Part shown: in pieces, positions 17,602 to 23,831 of the stretch
Layout: each line of letters opens with the position of its first letter
Numbering within the stretch: the first letter of the stretch is position 1
Assembly: GCA_964434965.1 (NCBI GenBank)
Contig: CAYSWX010000023.1
Coordinates: forward strand, 1 to 24,000
Reading direction: 5' to 3'
From: an uncultured Methanosarcinales archaeon
GTDB lineage: Archaea; Halobacteriota; Methanosarcinia; Methanosarcinales; Methanosarcinaceae
Length of the DNA stretch: 24,000 nucleotides
Notes under the pieces: model-generated
The model's input: the letters and a program-made list of their open reading frames with translations, nothing else
Databases searched by the model: none
Told to the model about the DNA's origin: nothing
Translations under genes and position numbers: made by a program

Positions 17602-18121
17602 GTACTCACTCTAAAATTTACAATTGTTTTCTACAGGCTCTGCAGATTGCAGACCTGCTGTTTGCATACTATCTGCCGCATGCCTGGCAGTTTTCCATTA
17701 CGGAAAAGCCCACTTCTCAACACAGGTATATGATACCAGCTAAAGCAGGTATACATACTGCATAAATGGTTGATCTCCCCGGCACTGCGAAAAATTGCCT
17801 AAAACCAGGGAAATTCAGAATTAGTATAAATAAACTTATACAGCAAAAAATGGCTTCTTGGATAAGTTCCGGACACTTTTTGAATTCTTCCCTGTGATAC
17901 AGGCAAAAGAGTAATTAGATCTTTGTCTTTTACTCCAGTAGATACACACTACACCCCTTTCCTGTATATAATCTTTTGCTATCTTTTGGGTAGAATCCGC
18001 CTGAAAATGGCTGTTATATCCGGAAAATCTATTATTGAAAACCTTTTAATTCACAACTGGATCTATATTTTTTCCACTCAAAATTATATTTTTAATGTGT
18101 TATTTTAAAGTCAGGGCTCAT

Positions 18122-18553
18122 TCAGTACCAGCCCTTAAGGTGAAGCTCGTCTGTTAACATATCCTTTAAAAGGTTCAGCCTGTCGATGGAATTCCTGATC
18201 TGTTCAGGCTTATCTTGCAGTTCTTCGCATCCGGTTTCTTCCTGAATGGTTGTAACCCTCAGGAGTTCAGCAAAATTTACACACTCGTCAAGAAAGCTGT
18301 TAAACAGCCTTCGAGCCTTCACAAAATAGTCCGAGGTCCTGAAGTCCGGCTGAAGGGTTTTTTCATACTCTGCCCTTTGCTTCATTTCTGCAGCCAGTAC
18401 TCGTGCTTCAACATAGTCCCCGATATTCAGAAAATTTCCCAGATTCTGCAGGTTTGTCCCGATGTGCTGGATAAAATATGCAACCTCAAAAGCCCACTGT
18501 TTATCATAGTCCGTTCTGGAGCCGGAGTTATAAGAAAAGGAGTTCATCTGCAA
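18122..18553 (-). CDS. Hypothetical protein (about 141-143 aa, predicted helical)
   Basis: Intact ORF. The ORF-track start is a TTG. The ATG at 18547 with AGGAG 13 nt upstream is the likelier start. No family recognised. Confidence 0.5.
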   Translation of the reverse strand: MQMNSFSYNSGSRTDYDKQWAFEVAYFIQHIGTNLQNLGNFLNIGDYVEARVLAAEMKQRAEYEKTLQPDFRTSDYFVKARRLFNSFLDECVNFAELLRVTTIQEETGCEELQDKPEQIRNSIDRLNLLKDMLTDELHLKGWY

Positions 18554-18759
18554 GGGTCATCTCCTGTAATTTGTACTATCAATTTACTTCTACTCACTTC
18601 TTCTCTGCTATTTCATTCTTCCTTTTTACTTCTCTTTAAACTTTCCAGAATGATAACTGTATTTAATTGGGGTACCGGGTAATCGGGATGCTGGGTGTTT
18701 TACGGAGCGCCTCCTCGTCACTTTCTCTCCTTAATTCGCATACTACTCTTTATTTCTTT

Positions 18760-18779
18760 ATATCAATTATTTTTGATAC
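18760..18779. promoter_or_regulatory. Operator-like inverted repeat ATATCAA-TTATTT-TTGATAc overlapping a TTTATATC TATA-like box
   Basis: Read directly. Near-identical to the repeat at 20389-20408. Lies upstream of the small ORF and first AhpD-like gene. Confidence 0.4.
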
Positions 18780-18868
18780 TCGTGCATGGTTTTTTAATGC
18801 TGATTTTCAATATTTCTTAAAAGGAATTGAGTTTGGATTAAGAATTGTCGAGCTAAGGAGACAGGATA

Positions 18869-19021
18869 ATGGAAAATAAAAAGGAGATTTTGCCAGAGGA
18901 AGAGAGTTCAGAAAAGGATAAACTGGACGATGATGAAGACCTTCTATATACACATAAGCCCGAGTCCCGCGGCAATGAAATGCGCTGGAACACCAGTTTG
19001 TGCAGAAAACCCGGCCGCTGA
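18869..19021 (+). CDS. Possible 50-aa acidic small ORF
   Basis: My own translation: MENKKEILPEEESSEKDKLDDDEDLLYTHKPESRGNEMRWNTSLCRKPGR. AAGGAG lies 8 nt upstream. The competing antisense ORF (18853-19044) is Ser-rich and low complexity. No homology recognised. Confidence 0.25.
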   Translation: MENKKEILPEEESSEKDKLDDDEDLLYTHKPESRGNEMRWNTSLCRKPGR

Positions 19022-19096
19022 TACTGGATAAATACCTGAAACATATTAACTTTTTGAATATATTATTTCATTTTAACTTTAACCGGAGGAATTTAA

Positions 19097-19444
19097 GTGT
19101 CATTTTTAAACGACATGTTACCTGAAACCGCTGAAGCTTTCGGACAGATGAGGAATTCCATTTTCAAGGATGGCTTCCTTGATGTCAAAACAAAAGAGCT
19201 AATCGCAATTGCCTCTGCGGTACTTATGCGCTGCCAGTTCTGTGTTGATGCGCACTCTCAAAGGGCAGTTGCTGCCGGGGCTGCAAAGGAAGAAATTGCC
19301 GAAGCAATTGCCGTTGCCATGTTCGTTGCTGCCGGGTCGCAGATTGGGTGGGCGAACGTGTATGGTGAAAGCATATATGATAAAATCTTTAAAAAGGATA
19401 AAGACGAAGAGGACTCCTGCTGTTGCTGTGGAGAGAGAAAGTAA
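19097..19444 (+). CDS. AhpD/carboxymuconolactone-decarboxylase-like CxxC protein with a C-terminal CCCC tail (copy 1)
   Basis: KELIAIASAVLMRCQFCVDAHSQRAVAAGA is the CMD/AhpD CxxC..H signature. The C-terminus reads DSCCCCGERK. GTG start with GGAGGA 6 nt upstream, and the N-terminus is collinear with copy 2. Confidence 0.85.
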   Translation: MSFLNDMLPETAEAFGQMRNSIFKDGFLDVKTKELIAIASAVLMRCQFCVDAHSQRAVAAGAAKEEIAEAIAVAMFVAAGSQIGWANVYGESIYDKIFKKDKDEEDSCCCCGERK

Positions 19445-19499
19445 ACTCTGAATTTCCCGAATTTTACGGACCTCACACATGCTTAGATAGACTGTGGTT

Positions 19500-19859
19500 T
19501 TATTCCAGTTTTTTGTTTTGTACCTGAGATATTGTCTTTAAAATTCCTGCAAATTCAGGGTTCAGCCTGTAAAACCGCCATTTTGAGCTGTTGTAGGCTT
19601 CGATGATCCCGCAGTTTTTCAAAATTGACAGGTGATGGGAAACAAGGTTCTGCCTCTCGTTTAACTTGAATATCAGTTCGCAGACACAGTGGTCTCTCTG
19701 GGAGAGAAAGTAGGTAATCTTCAATCGAATCGGATGTCCGAGAGCGCTGAATATCTCACTGGCTTTTTTGATGTCATTGTCCAGAAAATCTATTTCCTGA
19801 ATCATTTTCTCTTCCCATTCTTTCTTTTTCTCGGGGTCTGCAGGGCAGCAATAACTCAT
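19500..19859 (-). CDS. arsR: ArsR/SmtB-family metalloregulator with a CVC As(III)-type site
   Basis: The HTH region LGHPIRLKITYFLSQRDHCVCELIFKLNERQNLVSHHLSILKNCGII contains the CVC motif in helix 3. There is also an additional vicinal Cys pair at the N-terminus (MSYCCP). Confidence 0.85.
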   Translation of the reverse strand: MSYCCPADPEKKKEWEEKMIQEIDFLDNDIKKASEIFSALGHPIRLKITYFLSQRDHCVCELIFKLNERQNLVSHHLSILKNCGIIEAYNSSKWRFYRLNPEFAGILKTISQVQNKKLE

Positions 19860-19985
19860 AATTAAAAGAAGTTAAGTTTTCTAAATAAGAGTTTTCATAT
19901 CAATTTCAGAATTCATTCCCGGGCTATTTCATGCCTGGTTTAATGTTTATTTACTTTCCCCTTGTTATTTTTTCCTTTGAATAGC

Positions 19986-20300
19986 TCAATTAAATTCAAT
20001 ACTGATACTCCTTGCTTTTTTTGCCAGTGACTTTGCCATAAAACCGCTTTCCAATTTGCAGAGATTAAGTATTGCACAGGGCACAAGGCAGTTTGAGGAA
20101 CACTGTGCTTCCTGTGCTTTATCGATTACATAGTTCTTCTTGATGTCCAGAGTTTCCATCATGGGAATTTGCATATGTGAAAACTTTTTTATTTTTTCAC
20201 ATGGGGTTTCAATATCTACAATAATCTTATCTCCTTTCATGCTCCCCTTGATTTTGTGGGTAAAACCGCAAATGGTAGAACTTACTATAATTTCGCTCAA
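19986..20300 (-). CDS. Small six-cysteine protein of unknown function (copy 1, 104 aa)
   Basis: Intact ORF, about 79% identical (82/104 by manual alignment) to the ORF at 23033-23353. Conserved Cys residues are at 11, 34, 67, 71, 75 and 81 (C-x3-C-x3-C-x5-C). It lies upstream of arsR on the same strand. Confidence 0.7.
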   Translation of the reverse strand: MSEIIVSSTICGFTHKIKGSMKGDKIIVDIETPCEKIKKFSHMQIPMMETLDIKKNYVIDKAQEAQCSSNCLVPCAILNLCKLESGFMAKSLAKKARSISIEFN

Positions 20301-20388
20301 TCTGTCACCTTTTTTCTTGGATTATTATCATATCACGGATTCTCTTTATTTCCTTTTTATTATTTTTCTTTTTATATCCCTATTTTGA

Positions 20389-20408
20389 ATATCAATTCTC
20401 TTTGATAT
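20389..20408. promoter_or_regulatory. Operator-like perfect inverted repeat ATATCAA-TTCTCT-TTGATAT in a divergent promoter region
   Basis: Read directly. Lies between the six-Cys gene/arsR operon (minus strand) and AhpD-like copy 2 (plus strand). Second occurrence of the motif seen at 18760-18779. Confidence 0.45.
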
Positions 20409-20461
20409 GTGGCTTTCTGTATTTTATAAACCAAGATTGTAGAATTAAGTGGAGGAATAAT

Positions 20462-20812
20462 ATGCCATTCATAAACGAAATACTGCCTGATACCGCTGAA
20501 GCATTCGGAAAACTGAGAGATTCTATCTTCCAGGGTGGAGAGCTTGACCGCAAGACCAAGGAACTCATAGCCATTGCCTCTTCTGTCCTTATGCGCTGCC
20601 AGTTCTGTGTTGATACGCACTCCCAGAGAGCTGTTGCTGCCGGGGCTAGCAAAAAAGAAATTGCAGAGGCTATTGCCATTGCTATGTTTATAGCCGGAGG
20701 CTCTCAGCTCGGTTGGACAAATGTTTATGGCAAGAGCGTTTATGACATCATCTTTGGAGAGAAAAAGCCTGAGGAGTCCGAAAAAGAGAAAGGTTGCTGT
20801 TGTGAAAACTGA
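20462..20812 (+). CDS. AhpD/CMD-like CxxC protein with a C-terminal CCC tail (copy 2)
   Basis: About 75% identical to copy 1 over 98 aa by manual alignment. Has the same MRCQFCVDTHSQRAVAAGA core and ends KGCCCEN. I place the start at ATG 20462 (GGAGGA 5 nt upstream, collinear with copy 1) rather than the ORF-track start at 20402. Confidence 0.85.
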   Translation: MPFINEILPDTAEAFGKLRDSIFQGGELDRKTKELIAIASSVLMRCQFCVDTHSQRAVAAGASKKEIAEAIAIAMFIAGGSQLGWTNVYGKSVYDIIFGEKKPEESEKEKGCCCEN

Positions 20813-20950
20813 AGAATAACTGAAGAACAAGTAAAAAATAATTGAAGAAATAACTGAAACTTTGAGCTTCAAGCTCATTATTTAATGACTCATCAGTTAT
20901 TTTTACGAGTTTTCTGCTTCTTTCTTTTCTCTCTTTTCTCTATAACCTTA

Positions 20951-22003
20951 TCAAAACCTGAATTTTTCCCTGTTCCTTTCCATAATCTTCACAAGGGAAA
21001 GCATAACAGGCACTTCCACAAGCACTCCCACAACTGTTGCTAGAGCAGCTCCTGATTCCATCCCGAATAGAATTAAGGCTACTGCCACTGCCAGTTCAAA
21101 GAAATTGCTGGCGCCGATAAAGGTTGAAGGTGCAGCTTCCATGTAAGGGATTTTCAGGTATTTTGCTCCTGCATAACCGATCCAGAAGATCAGGTAAGTC
21201 TGAATCACCAGAGGGATTGCGATCAGGAGAATGTGCAGGGGATAATTTATGATGTTTTTTCCCTGGAATATAAAAATCAGGACCAGAGTAATTAAGAGCC
21301 CGGCAGGAGTGATCCACTGTGTTTTTTGAATGAGTTTGTTTTCAAACCAGTCAATGCCTTTTTTCCTTATCACCACCTGTCTTGTAAGCACAGCAAGGCC
21401 GAGGGGAATTGCAACATAAAAAAGGACAGAAACGAAGATTGTCATAAGAGGGACAGGAAAGTCAGTTGTGACTCCGAGGAGAAACTTTCCTAGTGGGGCA
21501 AAAAGGACCAGGATGATAAGGTCATTTACTGAGACCTGAATCAGAGCATAATTAATATTCGCTCTTGCAAGATAAGTCCAGACGAGTACCATAGCCGTAC
21601 AGGGGGCAATCCCAAGCAGGATCATGCCTGCGATATACTGAGCCTGAAGGTCAGCATTGATCAGGGATTCAAAGAGCACGCGCATAAAGAGCCATGCAAT
21701 AAATGCCATTGTAAAGGGCTTGATTACCCAGTTTATGACGAGAGTCAGAAGGAGGGGCTTTAGATTTGCTTCAACGTTCAGAATTTCTTCAAAGTTGATT
21801 TTAAGCATGATAGGGTACATCATGATCAGGAGCACAACAGCTACGGGAATTGAAACATTTGCAATCTCAATCCCTCCAAGAGTGTCCGCAAAACCTGGAA
21901 AAATATAGCCTATTGCAGTCCCGAGTATTATACAGACCGCAACCCAGATAGAGAGATATTTACTGAAGAAATCTAGTTCCCTTTCTTCCTCCTCTTCAGG
22001 CAT
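20951..22003 (-). CDS. acr3: ACR3-family arsenite efflux carrier
   Basis: 350 aa and polytopic. MYPIMLKI, LLGIAPCTAMVLVW (the conserved transport Cys), GASNFFELAVAVA and VGVLVEVPVML are characteristic ACR3 motifs. Confidence 0.9.
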   Translation of the reverse strand: MPEEEEERELDFFSKYLSIWVAVCIILGTAIGYIFPGFADTLGGIEIANVSIPVAVVLLIMMYPIMLKINFEEILNVEANLKPLLLTLVINWVIKPFTMAFIAWLFMRVLFESLINADLQAQYIAGMILLGIAPCTAMVLVWTYLARANINYALIQVSVNDLIILVLFAPLGKFLLGVTTDFPVPLMTIFVSVLFYVAIPLGLAVLTRQVVIRKKGIDWFENKLIQKTQWITPAGLLITLVLIFIFQGKNIINYPLHILLIAIPLVIQTYLIFWIGYAGAKYLKIPYMEAAPSTFIGASNFFELAVAVALILFGMESGAALATVVGVLVEVPVMLSLVKIMERNREKFRF

Positions 22004-22883
22004 ATTCCTCCCCTTCGTCCCACTCTTCTCCGTCGAACTCTTTGCTTGCAGGGATGATCATCACAGGCTTTGCGGTTTTCCGGAGTACGTTTTCTGCCGT
22101 ACTCCCGAGCAGTATGTCCATTAAATCTCCTTTCCCACGGGTGGTCAGCATAATCAGGGTGATATCTTCTATACTGGCAAGCTTAACAATTTCATCGGAT
22201 GGGATGCCCTCAACGACAAGGCACTGGCTTTTTATTCCTTCAACCCGTTCCTTTATTTTCCTGAGCTTTTCTTTTGCCTCTTCTCTCTGTTCATCCAGAA
22301 GGTCCATATCTTTTATATCATCTATCACATGGATGAAAAGAACCTCTTTTATGACCTCTTTAAGCTCCTGAAGCTGTTCGACCGCTTTCATTGACCCTTT
22401 CGAAAAATCCAGAGGCATAAGGATCCGCGAGAAAGTTGCCCTGCACGCCTTCTCATAAACTTCTTTTCCTTCTTTCAGAGCATCATACTTTTCGACCAGC
22501 AGCATTTTTTTTGAACTGCGTGCTATATATTCCGTAGTCCTTCCGAGAAATTTCCCTTTTATAAATCCTTCAGTGGTGGCTCCCATTATTATAGCATCAA
22601 CATCTTTTCTGTCGGCTATTTCCGAAATTGTCCTCTTTACATCTCCTACTATTACCAGGGGTTCGGTTTCAAGTTCAAGTTCGCTTGCAAAGCCTGTGTA
22701 GTCCTCGATTCTTTTCTCTGCATTTCGTTCAAACATAGGGGTAAGCCCCTGGCTTTTATGTATGTCCACCACATGCAGCAAAATAACCTTCTTCAAGCCT
22801 GCGTTTTTAAGTTCCCCTATGCAGCCAAGCAAATCTTCCGTTTCGATAGAAAAATCCACAGGAACGAGTACTGTGCTTATCAT
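21996..22883 (-). CDS. Tandem universal stress protein (2x UspA domain)
   Basis: Two Usp-like halves begin VLVPVDFS... and ILMPLDFS..., and each ends with a G-x2-G-x9-GS-like ATP motif (TTRGKGDLMDILLGSTAENVLR). Its last 8 nt overlap the acr3 start. Confidence 0.85.
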   Translation of the reverse strand: MISTVLVPVDFSIETEDLLGCIGELKNAGLKKVILLHVVDIHKSQGLTPMFERNAEKRIEDYTGFASELELETEPLVIVGDVKRTISEIADRKDVDAIIMGATTEGFIKGKFLGRTTEYIARSSKKMLLVEKYDALKEGKEVYEKACRATFSRILMPLDFSKGSMKAVEQLQELKEVIKEVLFIHVIDDIKDMDLLDEQREEAKEKLRKIKERVEGIKSQCLVVEGIPSDEIVKLASIEDITLIMLTTRGKGDLMDILLGSTAENVLRKTAKPVMIIPASKEFDGEEWDEGEEYA

Positions 22884-23032
22884 CTGCTGTCAGCAGCCCC
22901 CTTTTATCTTCTATTTGCTTTTTCAGGTCTTACTTTTCAGCAACCTGATCTTTCTCAAGCCCATAATTATGTCTTTATCAGTAATAGCTTGATGCACTGA
23001 AGTTAAAAAAGAAGAGGTGTTTTTCACCCAGC

Positions 23033-23353
23033 TCATACTTCATTAAAATCAATACTGAGGCTTCCTGCTTTTTTTGCCAGTGACTTTGCGATAAATCCGC
23101 TTTCCAGCTTGCAGAGGTTAAGCACCCCACAGGGCACCAGGCAGTTTGAGCAGCATTTTGCTTCTTTTGCCCTGTCTATCACATAGTTGTCTTTGATATC
23201 CATGGTTTCCATCATGGGAACTTCCATATGCGAGATTTGCTTTATTTTTTCACACGGAGTTTCGATATCCACAATGATTTTTCCACCTTTCATGCTTCCA
23301 CAAATTTTGTGGGTAAAGTCGCATATTGTAGAGTTGACGGTAATTTCAGCCAT
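23033..23353 (-). CDS. Small six-cysteine protein of unknown function (copy 2, 106 aa)
   Basis: Paralog of 19986-20300 with the same six Cys positions plus two extra (Cys18, Cys68). Confidence 0.7.
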   Translation of the reverse strand: MAEITVNSTICDFTHKICGSMKGGKIIVDIETPCEKIKQISHMEVPMMETMDIKDNYVIDRAKEAKCCSNCLVPCGVLNLCKLESGFIAKSLAKKAGSLSIDFNEV

Positions 23354-23405
23354 ATGCCCACCTCAATTCATTTTTGAATTCAATTTTCAGGTATCTGAAG
23401 ATATT

Positions 23406-23439
23406 AATTAATCCTTACCATGGTTAATAATTAATCCTT
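23406..23439. repeat. Direct repeat AATTAATCCTT x2 flanking the palindrome ACCATGGT
   Basis: Read directly: 23406-23416 and 23429-23439, with ACCATGGT at 23417-23424. Lies in the spacer between the thioredoxin-fold gene and six-Cys copy 2. Confidence 0.7.
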
Positions 23440-23499
23440 CTCCAAAGATGGAAATTTGTATTAATTCTGAATATTTTGGGTCTGGCAGGTTCAAGATGC

Positions 23500-23730
23500 T
23501 CATTCAATCCATTTTCGGATTTCCTTTTCATCCGGAACCTTGCCTGCAAGCTTAACTTCGCCATCAACCACAACTGCAGGTGTGACCATTACGCCGTAGT
23601 TCAGGATCGTTTCAATGTCCTCCACTTTGACGATTTCAGCTTCAACACCATTTTGCTTCAATACTTTTTCAATTGTTTCTTTTGTTTTCTTACATTTTGA
23701 ACAACCAGTTCCAAGAATTTCGATTTTCAT
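23500..23730 (-). CDS. Small thioredoxin-fold redox-active disulfide protein (CxxC)
   Basis: 76 aa. MKIEILGTGCSKCKKT...VMVTPAVVVDGEVKLAGKVP matches the pattern of the 'small redox-active disulfide protein 2' family, which commonly sits next to DUF318-type permeases. Confidence 0.8.
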   Translation of the reverse strand: MKIEILGTGCSKCKKTKETIEKVLKQNGVEAEIVKVEDIETILNYGVMVTPAVVVDGEVKLAGKVPDEKEIRKWIE

Positions 23731-23775
23731 ATTTTTAACCTCGTGTTTTGTTTTCTATTGTTTTGGTTTCTCGAA

Positions 23776-23809
23776 ATTTTATTCTGTCTTAACATTTTAT
23801 TCTGTCTTA
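23776..23809. repeat. Perfect 16-nt direct repeat ATTTTATTCTGTCTTA x2 (18-nt period)
   Basis: Read directly at 23776-23791 and 23794-23809. Lies in the 101-nt spacer between the permease stop and the thioredoxin-fold gene start. Confidence 0.8.
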
Positions 23810-23831
23810 TTAAGTTTCAGAACTCTTAATC

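Noticed and set aside
17923-18108. 61-aa TTG-initiated plus-strand ORF between the helicase gene and the hypothetical gene
   Set aside because: It has a non-ATG start, no SD, and hydrophobic low-complexity sequence in AT-rich intergenic DNA.
20402-20461. Upstream in-frame start (20402) given by the ORF track for AhpD-like copy 2
   Set aside because: The extra 20 residues (MICGFLYFINQDCRIKWRNN) have no counterpart in copy 1. ATG 20462 has GGAGGA 5 nt upstream and gives collinear N-termini (MPFINEILP vs MSFLNDMLP).
20372-20878. 168-aa and 95-aa minus-strand ORFs opposite AhpD-like copy 2, with a similar pair (19199-19480) opposite copy 1
   Set aside because: They resemble each other only because the underlying DNA is paralogous. 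The plus-strand frames carry the CMD CxxC signature and matching SD sequences.
22884-22896. Palindrome CTGCTG-T-CAGCAG immediately upstream of the usp start
   Set aside because: It is too short and has a 1-nt centre, so it cannot form a hairpin. It has no second copy and overlaps the expected ribosome-binding region, so it is probably fortuitous.
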